Positions 11,435 through 24,524 of a DNA stretch of 64,000 bases are shown here, one piece after another. This DNA comes from Entomortierella parvispora E1425. Its lineage: Eukaryota > Fungi > Mortierellomycota. The notes beneath the pieces were generated by a model. It was given only the letters and a program-made list of their open reading frames with translations. It had not been told where the DNA came from and did no database searches. Numbering within the stretch: the stretch's first letter is position 1; each line of letters begins with the position of its first letter. The position numbers were made by a program, and so were the translations under genes. Location of the stretch: NCBI GenBank assembly GCA_020891255.1, contig BQFW01000002.1:682001-746000 (forward strand), given 5' to 3'.

Positions 11435-14400
11435 TGTGGTATGATGGTGGGGTGGTGATGAGCGTTGTGATCGGGGTGGGTCGAGTCGAAGGTGGAGCGC
11501 AGTAAGATGGTTCTCTTTCAGGACTAGATGGATGTGAAGAGCTGAACGAGAGAGGAGAGAGCGAGGACAGACGAGGGTGAACTGGAGAATGAAAGAATGA
11601 AAGAAAGAAAAAAAAGAAAAAAGGGAGGGATAGAAAGAGAGAGGAGTAAACGAGATGAACCGCAAAGAAAGCGTGCCCACGGATCGATCGAAAGACAAAC
11701 GTAAAAAAAACTGATGACTCTGTCCGTTCATTCGATGCGAGCACATGTCACGGACAATTCTTTTGTGTGTTTGTCTATCCCTCCTGTGAGTCGTTGCACC
11801 ATACCTCCACCTCCATCACACCACGCTACCCAAGCCTCATCCCGTCGTCATCGTCATTTTCACCATCGTTCATCACTATCCTTTCTACCCCCGTTCCTGT
11901 CAATCCCTGCGTTCTTTCTGGCCCACGATGGACTTGCCCATTGCGCTACCACATCTTGAGAAAGAAAAGGAAAAAGGGTACCCCGGTTGCACTCAGATCT
12001 CTCCCACCCCACTGAAGAAGTCTCCGGTAAGAATAGCCATTTGTTGTGGACATGGCGTGGGCAGCCCGTCCATGCTCACTGCAGCGACCCCACTTCCTGA
12101 CAGCCAATGGGTGCACACAGCGCGACCAAAGACGCAACCGACCACTCCCCGGTCGGGCACCTAAAATGGACAGGCCAGAACAAACCAAACCATTACCCCG
12201 CACTCCTTAAGTGAACTAAGCATCAAAGCATGTGAAAGCATCCTTTCGGTTTGGTGGAACCCTACCGCCATCCCGCTCCATGGCTCATCTTGCTTTCCAA
12301 CAAGACTTGGCTCAACCACTCGCCCTGCTTACTTTTGAACCGGACCCTCGCCATCTCCCAAAACCCCCAGTTGCAGTCACAGAAACACAGCCCGTTGTCC
12401 ATTGCTTACACAGCTCAACACGCGACTTTTCTCCTCAAAGTATCATATCCACCTTTCTTCATTGCTTCTCATCAGACGGGTAGAAAAGTAAAGCTACGGT
12501 AACGGGTAACGGTTCTTTTCCTGTGCTGCACATCACCCGCATTCTGGTAGTCTGTCTGAACTCATTGAGAGAGAACAATTGGATGTATAGCTTGGAGTAA
12601 CAAATAACTTTACAAGTAGCAAGGGATTCGTGTCCATGTAGACCTAGTTCTCGTTCAATTGCTGACCGAAGGGCTAGACTTTGATTCACAGAGTCATAGG
12701 GCCCTCACGAGAATGACACCAATAATGACCGAAGGTCTAAGGGTCCAAGACTTCTAAGTGGAGTGTTTCAGGGGATCAGGCGGATTGAAATTCTGTGGCG
12801 TTCTGGTGTCCACAAGCCACTGGCACCACTTTTGTCATTTGAGGACGAATTTGTGCTGCCCCCAATTGAGGCGCGCCAGCTCCTCATTCTGTAGAGAGGC
12901 CTTCTATCTAACCACCACCCATTGTCGTCACTTTGTGTCGTAGTGCATCACTGTCAATCATCTCAGGAGTACCTGTCCTGCCCGTTACTGCGTTCGGCCG
13001 ACATCCCCTTTCTTTTGTTGCTGTTCGTGAAGGTATGGAGATCAAAAGGGTCCAGGACGGGGTCCTAATCCGATCGCAACGCAACCAAGAAACATGGTCC
13101 CGTTGATCCCCTGAACTATTTCTTTCTTTTGTTCTTCCTTCTGCGAGTCCTTCTATCGTTTACACGTCCTGGATGAACTGTTCCTTTTATTTGAACGATA
13201 CTCGGCAACTGACGCATTTGACAGATTTCCTATGTTTCATCATCATGGTTTTTTCCGATCCGAAGAGGACAATAGTTTCATCTTATTGGACGAAGCGGAA
13301 CGAGACAAAAACCGTGTGGAGGGAGAAGAGGAGTGATGAGGTACTAGGAACATGACATGATTGTACAAAATACGACCTGGCGTTCAAAATTGATGAGCTC
13401 CATATCATTCCTCTTTTTTCTTTTGAGTTTTTTGAGCCATGCATGGTGTTCGAGGAGTTGAAAAAAAACAATAAAAAGAAAGATTCATGCAGTAAGAAGA
13501 AATTGCGTGGGTGGGGAGATGGGTCAGCTGCCCGGGTTACGATTGGGTTCCAGATGGCCGGGGAAATGGAAGGGGCAAAAAAAAATATATATATAAAAAA
13601 AGTCTTCGGTTGTTCGGAAGCAATTGAGTCTCCAGTTGTTGTCTGTTACCCTTTGTTGCCGCTGTTGTTGTTTGCTGTGCACTTCTTGCGTTCGGGTATG
13701 AGAAAAAAAGAGAAAGAAAAAAAAACACAGATGGTCGCACAGGAACAGACTGAGGGAGATAGTTCACGGCCCGTTGGGCTGCAGTTCTCCCGCTCGGATC
13801 GTCACTTGGTACACATGGCCCAGAAAGTTGCGCAACAAATTCACAAATATGGAAAAATGGGCGTAGCCGATGATGGCATCGGAGTGCGCTTTTGCCCAGG
13901 AGCGGAGGAAGAGAGTTAGGTGAAGGGAAAGAACGGAGCCTGAGCGGAAAAGAGGAAACAGAAAACATAAAGCGCAACGGAGAGAGGAGACAGGAGTACG
14001 ACAATGACATGATCTGATCAGTCGATGATGATGGGTAGCTCCAAAGGGATAAAGGGCCGTTGCGCTGCGACATAGAAGAGGACAAATGGGGTGAGGACAT
14101 AAAAAGGCAGGCACTTTCCTGTTCTTCTTCAACTTGCCTCTCTTTTTTGCTCTCTTCTCTTTCTCCACTCCACTCCACTCCACACCCTTTCCCCTTCTTC
14201 GAGTTGCGTTGGTCCCAGAATTCCCTTTGCTCAAGTCTATTCCAACCCGAACCTGGCTCACTCCACGCTCTCGTCACCTCCTCTAGACTTCATTGACCTC
14301 ATTCACATTGCCCATTCACTTTCGTAACTTTTGTTCATTTCACTCTCACGCCACTCTCACTTTGCTAGCTTCTGGTCTCTTTATCCTGTCGCATCCGTCC

Positions 14401-14467
14401 TTGTTACTTTCTTTACCGTCCTCTTTTTTTCTCCACTCCACACTCCACTCCACATTCAATAATCATC

Positions 14468-15886
14468 ATGGTCAAACTGCGTGTCTCCGTCGGCGGGTCT
14501 TACACTGACCTGGCCATCGTCAACTGCAACGATGAGCTTCACCCTATCGAGTTTGATGCTCCCGAGTTCAAAGGGAGAGCTGTTATCCGTATAAAGGACT
14601 TTGGTAAGTAACCAACCATCAACTATCAAGCGCAGTAGTGCCGTTCGGAGGCATAGAAAACGGAGAGCCACAAATAGGGCCGCAATAAAGCTCAGCTGTG
14701 GGAGTGCGCACGGTCGTGCCACAAGGTGTGGATGAGGGAAAAATGATCTGCCAAAACTGTGAATCTTTTTTTTATTATCCGCATGACGATGGGCAATGGT
14801 CTGTCTGTGTAAATGAATTGCCGATACTAACCACATGGCCAACCTTGCCCTTGCATTACTCATCTAGTTGGCATCACGAACGATGGATCGGAACCTATTC
14901 ACAACTCGGATTACTTCAAGGGCCACAACCGCCGGTTCTCTATGCAGGTCGAGGGACGGTTCAAACGTGAGTGGTTGGGCGAGGATGTCTACTTTGGAAC
15001 AGACTTTGACCGCTCTGTCGAGTTGCCTCAGGGATTCGAGACCATGCTCAAGATTGCCCGTTACATCGACCCTGTCGTCAGGACCTCGCTCACAAAGGAT
15101 GGCAAACCCTGGATTTTGAGTCCCTTGGTTTCTTCGATCAACACCATGGCTGCTTGGAGACCTCAGGACGCCAACTTGCCATCACCACCGCTCACTCCCA
15201 GACATTCAACAGAGATGGCTCAAGCTTTGAACATGAGCGAATCCAGTTCCATGTGGGGATTCCTTGGCAAGTTGAAGAAGGGTAACCGCGGCTCTGTCGC
15301 TAGTTTGAACAGCAACACCTCTCATGGCATTTACGGAAGTCAACCCAACTCTGCCAACAACTCGACCGACCACCTCGATGCTGCCCATCACAATCATCAC
15401 AGATATACCAACGGCTCATCTCATGTCGGTGAACACTCTTCCTTGTCATCCTCAACAACTTCAAGTGATTGGGCACGCGGCTCATCAATGGCCTCTTCAA
15501 CCGATCATCTCCGGCAAAACGGTGCTTCCACTGTCCCAACAACAGAGGCCATCTTTGACGACTCAGACATGCCTTTGGGTCAGTGGCGTTCACATGTGGA
15601 GGAAGATACAACATTCTTCATTCCCAAAAAGCCCTCAATGACGACACCTCAACGCCGTAAGCATTTCCAGACCGAGGAGGCTCGGAAACAATTCGTGTTC
15701 AAAACAGATCTCGTCCATGGATTCGAGTTTTTCTCCCCTCACATGGACTTTAACACATTCGATATCCGGATGGGTTTGAGCATGAACATTCGTAAATACC
15801 TGCGGGGACAACCCGTCCGATACACCTGTCGTACACTGAACGGCGACACTGTCTTTTGGGCCGTTCAGTTCGAACTTGTTGATTAA
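14468..15886 (+). CDS. DUF1769-family protein (384 aa)
   Basis: Exons 14468-14603 and 14868-15886. Motifs LRVSVGGSY, FKGRAVIRIKDF, FSMQVEGRFK, VYFGTDFDR, IDP..KPWILSPLVSSIN and a C-terminal RRKHF..EFFSPHMDF block. A low-complexity Ser-rich insert lies in the middle. Confidence 0.75.
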
Positions 15887-16553
15887 AACTGTACTTTTTT
15901 TTGTTGATAAATTCGCATTCCATTGTTTTTAAGGGTTTGCCATGCATTGGAAACGTGCTCGTCTTCTTTGACCTTTGCACCCACTTTCTCTTGCGCCAGT
16001 TTGCACAGCAAAAAGACCCCCCAACATTCCCGGTTTCTTCCTACATGAACACACAGGATTGGCTATCGGAACTTGGAAGATCCAGACTCAGCTGGGTTCC
16101 GTTATCAGGCACCAGGATGTCATTCGACAGAGGGATTTAAACAATTTCAAGCCCAGCAGATCGTTGTTTTTTTTTAAGCAACAATTCAGATGTCCGATGA
16201 TGCCATGGAAGTCCAGTCTCGCGGCTATCAGTGGCGTTAGCTGAAGCACTGCACTGGCCACCCCTTTTCCCTCTTGGCCCTTATCTTGTTCTCCAAGAAA
16301 ACATCCTCTCTTCCCTGATTGTTGAGTCTCCATGAGACAATATTGCTTCTTCACGTTTGTCTGATAGCAAAAAAAAAGCCAGCTGGACCTGAAAAGAGAT
16401 CCACCGCGCCCTCCTCTGCTGCCAATATAAATACCAGCTCGGTCCCGGACCCCTTGGACTTGCACTCTGCCTCTCAACGATCCCTCCTACTACCAACCCA
16501 ACCCAACCCAACTTCCCCCCCCCCTCAAGCAACAAAACCCAACACTCTCCACC

Positions 16554-16742
16554 ATGCAGTCCAACAAGAACACCTCTACCACCAACTCCCCTTCGTCCTC
16601 GCGCGCCCCTAGCCCGTTCGGCTCCCGTCGCGTTTCTTTGGAGGAGCGTGCCGCCGCTGTCCAGCAGATCAAGGATGAATTGATGAGCATCGTCATGTCC
16701 AAGCGTATCATTGTCAACCGCTCCCAGCCCTTTGCTTTGTAA
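16554..16742 (+). CDS. 62-aa microprotein, probable divergent member of the family clustered at 55-60 kb
   Basis: Intronless ORF MQSNKNTSTTNSPSSSRAPSPFGSRRVSLEE..DELMSIVMSK..QPFAL. TATAAATA at 16426-16433, a C/A-rich leader, accATG context and a strong preference for C-ending codons. Confidence 0.7.
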   Translation: MQSNKNTSTTNSPSSSRAPSPFGSRRVSLEERAAAVQQIKDELMSIVMSKRIIVNRSQPFAL

Positions 16743-17240
16743 ATCCGAGGCCCTAGCTGTTGTTTCCTTTTCATGTCTGAAAAAAAAAATCGACTCGTCC
16801 CGAGCTGTTGATCTATAATCCAGCAAGTAACGAAAACCCCTCGTTTTCCCCCTCCGCGGAAAACCCCCTCACCCACCGCCGCGTCCGTCGTTCGATGGCC
16901 CGATGGCCGTATCAGCTTCACCTCTCCTTTGGACTTGACTTGGTCTCAAGTTGCGAAAACAAAGAGAGAAAAAAAAGTCACCGACTTGTTTTTCCGAGTG
17001 GATCGCCGAACATCAAAAGACCTGCTTCTACCTTGTCATCTTGACAACTCCCCTACTCTCATGGTTCCTTCTGGACCTTGTAAATAAAATCAAACAACTT
17101 TTTTTTTTTTTTGACCTTCAACTCTTTTCAAAGTATTCATTCGCGTGTGTAGGTTGGATTGTCTTTTTCTTTTAGGTATGTAAATGCGTGTGAGTGTGTG
17201 AGTGAGTATGTTTTTTGTACAGAACGCGGTTTTTTGCTAT

Positions 17241-20012
17241 TTACACGACCAAAGGCTGGAACTCGTATTGGTCCTTGGGTACAAGCATGAAGTTGAATGG
17301 GTATGTTACTTCTTGGCCTTCCTTACCGAGGCCATGATGATGTTCTCTTACATCCATCTGGCTCAGTCCATGACCATAAGTTTCCTCATCCCCCTCATCC
17401 TCGTCGTCCTCATCCACATCCTCGTCGTCTTCTTCATCCCAAGGAAGATCTTGGGCCTCCAATTCCAAAGGCGAAAGACACATGGGCGAGGCTGCCATCA
17501 TAGTCGTCGAGGTTGAATTGCTCTTTAGAGAAGACTTTGATTTCCGGCGAATCGACAAAAGAGTCAAAATTTGCTTCTTCATCGAATCATTGCCCCCGTT
17601 GCCTTGGTGGGTATGGGAAGGTTGTCCATCGAAACAGAACATGCTTTCGGGACAAACCTCAGTCTCGCCATGAGGCGTTCCCTTCTCATGTTCATCGTCC
17701 TGCTCCTCATCGTCATCGACCACGTTATCTCGGTTGGCAAGGCACCCGCCACGATCGAAACTCCGGCTCTCACCGTCCAGCGGTGATACAGAGCAAGAGA
17801 ACGAGGTGCCTCGTCGATGGGTCTTGGCGCCGATGCTGTTGGACCAGGCCGGTCGCTGCTGCTCAAGACTACAACGTCTCAAATGCTCAGCCGTCTCGGG
17901 TCCGGCTTTCAGGGGCTTAAAGTCCAACAGGTGGCTACCGCTGACCGAATGACGGTTCGAGCCCAGCGTGGGTGTCGCGCTCCTCGACGACCCATTGTCA
18001 AAACTGAGGAGATCCCCCTTTGACCCCGCAGGAGAAGAACTCGGCCGGCTAGTGCTGCCGCTCCCGCTATAGCCACCACCATTGCCGCCGCCGAATCTGG
18101 AGGCAAGGGATCGGAAGGAGGGCGTCAAATGTTCTTTCAGGGTTTTTCTGTGTTTCAGCGAGATGGGTGGGGTCGAGGGTGCACCTCGGGATTGATCCCA
18201 GCTGCTGAAGTTCATGGTGCGGGACCGATCGCGTGACATTGGCAGAGGAGGAGGGCTGGCAGATCGGCTGTTGTAACCTGTGGAAGACAGGTCCCTCTCC
18301 TGGGTCTTGTTCTTTCCGTTTGTAGAAAGGGTATCTGATCGGCAGATACCCAGTGCCTTGGAGGTCTCTCTGGAGAGCAAGGCTGGTGCTGCCAAGCGAT
18401 TGAGCGACTTCGCTCTCGCGACCGCAGACTCGAGCGATTCGGTTGTATAAGACGAGACATAAGAAGGATCCATCGGGTGAGATGCATGTCGATAAAGGCC
18501 GCTGGTCGAGACCGTGTTGGAGGTCAAAGCCAATGAGGCCACCTCTCCTCGGAGACTGGCGATTCGGTGTTGTTCTTCCAGATACACTTGCTGTTCACGT
18601 TGTTGTCTCTGGTAATAATAGTGGAAGTCCCAGGCCTGTTCTTCGGGAGATCTAGAACAGGGTTCATGCATAGACATGTGGCGACGGTGCTTTTTTGATT
18701 TTGCTGTGGTCGCTGCGGAGGGCGTCGTGGTGTGGGTGGAGGCCAAGTTGGCCGCAGCGGGGGATGCAAGATGGATAGTGCTTCCTCCAGAGTGACCCTT
18801 ACTGCTGCTGGAGTGGGTAGGGGCGCTCGAGTGTCGTTTTTGTTTTCGCGACGATTGTGAACGGTGCGGTTGATTCGATTGAGTTTCTGCGTGAGACGAA
18901 CGGATCTCGTCCCCAAACTCTGAAGGGCTCATCAGGGACAGGGATCGTCGATGACGACCATTGGTGGAGTTGTTGTAAGATGGGTGACTATATACAGGTG
19001 AAAGTGGGTAGTTGGAGTGGTTGGGTTCCGGTCTGTTGGAGTGATGATCGCTCCAGGCTGCTCGATCATGCAGGTTTTGATGCTGCAGCCATGCCGAGAC
19101 ATAGGCCTCCTTGGTGGAGGTGGGGGTGGGATGGGGGGCGGTGGAGGGGGATGCGGCGGTGGCTGCGGCAATCATGTTGAAGGACGAAGGCAAAATTCGA
19201 TGCAAGGACGGGGATGAAGGAAGGTAGGTGGGAGAAGAAAGAGGTGAAGAGAGAGAGAAGGAAGAAGAAGAGGCAGACGAGACAAGAGTGTCCCTCCGGT
19301 GAAGTCGGAGACGTCCAGGGTGGTCTTGTAGTGGTGACACTTGACAACGATGATGCGATTGTTGTCTCAAGTGTTGATCTTGCGGATCCTTTTGTTGTTG
19401 CGTGGGTTGTGCGTTGGCGCTGGCGCACGATTTCATTTCTCGACGGGGTGCTTGTCCGTGTGCCTGACGTGAGGGTGTTCGCACAAGAAGAACCCCCTTT
19501 CTTGCCAACACGGTCAGTCGATGGCGTCGTCGTTGCAACATGCTCAGGAAGAGCGTCGTAAGGGCAATAGAAAGCAACGTGGCGATGGACGTCCGGCCGT
19601 TGTGCTTCAGTTGTTTGGCTTTTCTCTTGATGGCCCGCACGAGTTTGTTGGATCGCGAGGGTGATAGCAATGACGATGAGTGTGTTACTGCTTCTTCTGA
19701 GACAGGTGGCCGATGTTGTTGACGGCAATTGTCCATAGAAGAAGAGGATGGCGGGATGACCGTTGTTGATGCTGTCTCTGCTGTGGTGCTGTTGTAATTG
19801 CCTGCAAGGGCAGTATCGTGTTGACTGTTTGAGCTAATGGCACTAACATCGGCATTTTCTGTGATAAGTGCGGGCGGGAATGACCGCATCCCTAAGGAAG
19901 GATCGACACCCCATTGCTCAGAAGACAAAGTGGTTTTGGCCGTCGTTGCGTTAAGAGAGGATGACGAGGGAGTGTAACCAGCCCACTCGGTCGATGTAGA
20001 GTCCTCGGCCAT
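17241..20012 (-). CDS. Hypothetical low-complexity S/H/R-rich protein with one predicted transmembrane segment (~923 aa)
   Basis: Uninterrupted 2.8-kb ORF. The first true ATG is at 20012 (MAEDST); the ORF track starts at an upstream non-ATG codon. Hydrophobic segment SIATLLSIALTTLFLSML and an acidic C-terminal region. Confidence 0.7.
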   Translation of the reverse strand: MAEDSTSTEWAGYTPSSSSLNATTAKTTLSSEQWGVDPSLGMRSFPPALITENADVSAISSNSQHDTALAGNYNSTTAETASTTVIPPSSSSMDNCRQQHRPPVSEEAVTHSSSLLSPSRSNKLVRAIKRKAKQLKHNGRTSIATLLSIALTTLFLSMLQRRRHRLTVLARKGVLLVRTPSRQAHGQAPRREMKSCASANAQPTQQQKDPQDQHLRQQSHHRCQVSPLQDHPGRLRLHRRDTLVSSASSSSFSLSSPLSSPTYLPSSPSLHRILPSSFNMIAAATAASPSTAPHPTPTSTKEAYVSAWLQHQNLHDRAAWSDHHSNRPEPNHSNYPLSPVYSHPSYNNSTNGRHRRSLSLMSPSEFGDEIRSSHAETQSNQPHRSQSSRKQKRHSSAPTHSSSSKGHSGGSTIHLASPAAANLASTHTTTPSAATTAKSKKHRRHMSMHEPCSRSPEEQAWDFHYYYQRQQREQQVYLEEQHRIASLRGEVASLALTSNTVSTSGLYRHASHPMDPSYVSSYTTESLESAVARAKSLNRLAAPALLSRETSKALGICRSDTLSTNGKNKTQERDLSSTGYNSRSASPPPLPMSRDRSRTMNFSSWDQSRGAPSTPPISLKHRKTLKEHLTPSFRSLASRFGGGNGGGYSGSGSTSRPSSSPAGSKGDLLSFDNGSSRSATPTLGSNRHSVSGSHLLDFKPLKAGPETAEHLRRCSLEQQRPAWSNSIGAKTHRRGTSFSCSVSPLDGESRSFDRGGCLANRDNVVDDDEEQDDEHEKGTPHGETEVCPESMFCFDGQPSHTHQGNGGNDSMKKQILTLLSIRRKSKSSLKSNSTSTTMMAASPMCLSPLELEAQDLPWDEEDDEDVDEDDEDEGDEETYGHGLSQMDVREHHHGLGKEGQEVTYPFNFMLVPKDQYEFQPLVV

Positions 20013-22957
20013 TGTTGTTCTGTGCGTAGTGAACAACGTTCCAGTGGGGTCGCTTGTTCGAGCAGAGGCCGTCAACACGTTTCGAAGAAGGGCTCTCAGC
20101 TATTGTTGACAACGTGAATGGTTTTTTTTAAATGTTTTGTGTTACCAACAAAGTTGGACGGGAAGAAGAATGATGACGATAAAAAAAGCGATAGACCGAG
20201 TGGAAAGGATGATCCACACAGACATCATGCCAAAGCAACCATGATGTAGGTGAGGATGGAGGAGGAATGGCAGAGTCATTTTAATGGATTGGTTGGGAAA
20301 AGCGCGTTGTGTTCGCGATTTTTTTTTTTTGGGTTGTTGCAAAAAGACAATGATCGGATCGCAGGCAATAGTAAGAGCAATTGGGCAAAGCAGTTTGAAA
20401 AACGATAATCGACAATGCAAGTCGGAAGTGACAAAGAATGAACACCCAGAATGAAGGCAAGGAAAGAAAAAAGGCAGAACGGAATCTGTGGTTAGTAATC
20501 TTTTCAAGATTCTCTCGAGACATCTAACTGCCACATCACTTCCCAGGGCCGCAACAACAAAAAAAAAAAAAAAAAAAAAAAAAAGGAAGTGATCGGGCTT
20601 GGGCTGGATCTTTTTAATTGTCTTTCTTCCTTTGCATGAAAGCATGCCAAGCAGCACTGAGATGTGGGTGTGGGACTGTGTCCAACTGCCAAAAAATGCC
20701 TCCGCCCTTCCCCCTACCCAGATTCAACTTCCAATTGGACTCAATGGACCGTACCTTGTGCCGTGCGTGTTTTCGGTCTAGTCGCTCGTAGCGTTCTTGC
20801 GCCTCCAAGACCATGTCCTGAACTGTCTTTGTGGGATGTCTCGACTGACAGACTCGGGAAGAGTCAAACAGTGCCACAGTGAAGAAGAGGCTGTAGCGGG
20901 ATGCTAGAGGGTGCAGCACATTCGACATTTTTGTTTTTGTATTGGCTAATGAAAAATGACCGAAAAAAGCGGGGGGTGCGGGGGGGGGGGGGAGGGGTCA
21001 GACGTGGAAAAGACACCAGTCGATTTTTTTTTGCGCAGTGGTGTAGAAGAGGGTATTTTAGGGGTGTAAATGTGGAGTTGGTCTTTTCGAATTCACCGAT
21101 GGATCGTGAGTGAAGATGGTCGAGTCTTTGTATGAGAGCGTTGAAGATGAGAGCTGTGCTTGGAGCAAAAGAGAGGGAGCACAGTTTTTGGGTATATCGA
21201 TGGAGGGTGTAACGTAGTGCAACCTGAGTAAAAAAAAAAAAAGGGCACAGAACAAAGATAAAACAAAAAAACTGAAAAAAAACGATGGGTAAGACCCTTT
21301 TATAAGGAAACGAAATCCCGACAAACAAACAGAGAAAAGCCAGTAAAGATGTTGTGATTGATGATCAGGGTGACGACGATGAGACGGATGAAGCAGAATG
21401 TTTCGTTTCTTGTTCGAGGAGGTGGGGGAAAGGGAGGAGGGGAAGGAGGGATCCAAGAGGAAAGAGATAGGTGGATCGATGGCGATAGGCAAGGAAGGAA
21501 AAAGGGCGAAAAGGGCATGTTTGTTTTGTCGAAAATGAAAACAGTGGAAGGAGAGAAATTACCATGCCCTGGGGCCCCCCATCGTGGACCCTTGGGCTAG
21601 GTCATTGTTCCCTTACGCAAAACGGGATGGACTGTTGTTCAGCCCATAACTGCCATTTCACAAGAAGGAAAAAAAAAATGTCCGTGTCAAACCGTGGGGT
21701 AAAGACAATTTTCCTACTCGAAGGAACCAATTACTAGAAAAAGATCGTGCATGCTTTGTAGTCCTGATGGCCCAAGCAAGACGACGACAAGGAGTACTGC
21801 CTGGGACACGTACACCCTGGCATGAACAAGAAAGAGCAAGGAAGGTCTAGCAAGGCAAAGGAGTATGTGTTTTGCCTTGCTCTAACTGTCGTTCGTCCAC
21901 TAGGGAAGGGTAGAAGGATGATGTGGTTCACTGCCACAAGAGACTGCGTTGTTGTTAGTTATCTCTCCTCACCCCACCGTATCCCTCCCGCATGCATGGA
22001 ATTCACTGGTACCAATCGCTCATGGCTTCGCTCGTTCTTCTAGCCTCTCGGACATGTGCAAAGATGCATCTTTTCCATCTCCTAGAGCAAATAAAAAAAT
22101 AATAAAAACGGCAATTGAGTCTGCATCATCGTTGAGTAGGACCTGGCGTAATGCAACAAATACGACGCGTTCTTAACAAGGATTTGCAGGAAAAAAAACA
22201 TGCCACGACACGTCCAGGACTGGATACTTTTTTTTTTTTGTAAAAAAAAAAAAAAAAAAAAAGCCGAGGAGAAGGAGAAGGGGGAGCAAGAGAAGGGGCG
22301 AAGGGGGGTTGTTAAGTGCAATTTTTCAGGACAAAGGACAAAAGGAGTTGGAATGCCGCCGGTGAAGAAGGCAACGGCAAACAAACACAACCAGGCATGT
22401 GTAAATCTTGAATCTCCTCGGGGGAAAAAAACGGCGAGGAACGCTCTCCCAGCCAGTTTAGCCATCTCGCGCAATGATGGAGGATGATTGGTAGCATTCA
22501 ATTGAGGCTAGGCAAAGGGTATGCAGTGATCGATGTCATGGATGGTCGGTGCGCACTCTTTGCCAACAAAGTGCATAGAAGTGGGAATCATCAGCTCTCC
22601 CTGCCTATATCCAAGACTCCAAAAGCTTAGCCTTTCCACAGCGGGAAAACTGCAGGTTACCCTGCTTTTCTTTTTCTTCTTTTTGCATGACATCTGTGAG
22701 CGATCCAGATCCTGTAGGCTCAGCGTATGCAAGGTACATGCATCAAGCAAACAGGCACGATCGGGTTCAGAGCATCTTTGGTATCCAGCCCTTGTTTTAT
22801 TAGGGCAATTGCTTTTTCTTGTTGTTCTCTCCTCAAAAAAGAAACCGATGTGCATCTTCTCTTTACGTATCATCCCTCCTTTCTTTTCCCCCCCACATCC
22901 ATCATTCTACCCCTGCCTCCTGGACATGTATGAGGAGTCTACGAATCAAAGATGAGC

Positions 22958-24524
22958 TCAGTAGCACCAGACCTTTGGCCTAACGTCAAACGCGTCTTGG
23001 TTGTCCTTGAAAGCTGGGAAGACCACGAGAGCAACCTTTCCTTCTGGGTTGCTCTTCAAGGATGGCGCCATGGTCTCTTCGTCGAACTGGGTTCCCAATT
23101 CAACAGTCTGGGGATAGATGACGTTCTCCATGCCTGACATTGCCCGGGAGAGCTCGAATGCCTTGGTGCAGAGATCCCTTGACTTTGCCAATTCATTCGC
23201 ATTTGTATAGACCTTGGTCAAATCATCTGAAAGTGCCTTTGCAGTCTTTTCCACAACTTCCTCCTGAAGAGCCTTGGTTTTGGGATCCTTTGCCAAAAGG
23301 ACGCAGAGATGTTGTCTCCAGCGAATAGCCAGCTTGTCGTCACGGGCAACCATCCACTCGTAGATATCTTTGAAGCTCTGGTTGTGCTCGAAAACACAGC
23401 TTAAGTGCTTTCCAAAGAAGGCCTGGATCAACGTCGACATGACCACAGACTCCATGAACAGATTCAAGTGATAGGGTTCCAGTCTGTCTTCCTCGATGGG
23501 GAAGTTTTCCAGCAATCCGGCGCCCTTCAAGTATTCGATCGCAGCAGCCTTGTTCAAGTTCACAGAGCGGCCGCCCTGTGTTTTACGGATCAAGTGCTCG
23601 ATTGAGGCTTTGAGCTGTGTGAGCTTGTCCATGATTGTTCCGTGATCGTCATCCGTGGGTCTGATAGTGCGGACATGCTCAAGATAGTTCTTGGACATGA
23701 TTTCATAGTCTCTCTCTCGGTTGGCGAGCTTTTGCTGCAACTCTGCAAACCGCCCGTTCAATTCGTGGTAAGCGGCAGTGGTATGGTAGAGATCCCTGTC
23801 GACTCGCTCCTTGTCTTGAAGGACTTTATCCAGACTTGCACGGAGAATCTGGTTGTTCTGTTCCAGCTCTTCCATTTGCTGCTCATGGCTCTTGGGAGGG
23901 ATCTTAATCAAGCCCGTTCCATTCCCCGTAGGCGCGTCCAAAATGAGGTATTCAGCATCCATGGGTGTTGATGCCGCAGTCTCCATCTGTTGTTGGATCT
24001 GACCCTCCATGGCTGTGTATGCATCAAGCGAGAAGGAATTAATATGACGTTGTATCAGCATTCCACTGACTGGTGGCAAACATTCATGGGAAAAGACACA
24101 TGACCATCCCTTGCAGTAGACAATCATGATGCAGCTTGTAGACAACACTGGGAACCTTACCCTCTGTGACCTCAGTATCTGTGTCGTGGGAGTCATCCAT
24201 GATGGTGGTCTCGATGCTCATCTCAATGGCAGGGGTGGCCAAAGGAGAGGACGCCGAGGCAGCGACGGGTGAGAGGGGTGCGGAAGGAGATGCCATCTTG
24301 GATTCTGCGAGCTCCTCGGAAGCGGATTTCAATGGAGACTCTGTCTCCTTTGGCAAGGACGTCTTGATGTCGAGCATAGCAGTTTCAAGGGTAGGCGATG
24401 CTGGCAGCTTGGGCTTGCTGAAGACGGGCTCAGCAAAGAAGGCCGAGTTTTCGGTGGAGGAGAGGGTGGCGTTGGGCGAGGTCGGGTTGGAAGAGACGCG
24501 GTCCTGAGGATTGGCGGATGTCAT
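22958..24524 (-). CDS. Hypothetical protein: disordered N-terminus, central coiled coil, globular C-terminal domain (472 aa)
   Basis: Exons 24524-24161 and 24012-22958 (G|gtaagg ... cag|CC, frame preserved). Heptad-rich region ELEQNNQILRASLDKVLQDKERV..; C-terminus GKVALVVFPAF..VRPKVWCY. Confidence 0.75.

Noticed and set aside
11800-14400. Hidden ncRNA or transposon in the 2.6-kb gap between SFC1 and the DUF1769 gene
   Set aside because: I found no terminal repeats, transposase/RT motifs, C/D or H/ACA boxes, or tRNA arms by eye. There is only a short GACCGAAGG repeat and CTCCA microsatellites.
20971-20997. G-quadruplex-forming tracts (also 19122-19150 and 21424-21450)
   Set aside because: They fit the G3+N1-7 pattern, but homopolymer and purine/pyrimidine tracts are common in all intergenic regions here. 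There is no specific evidence of function.
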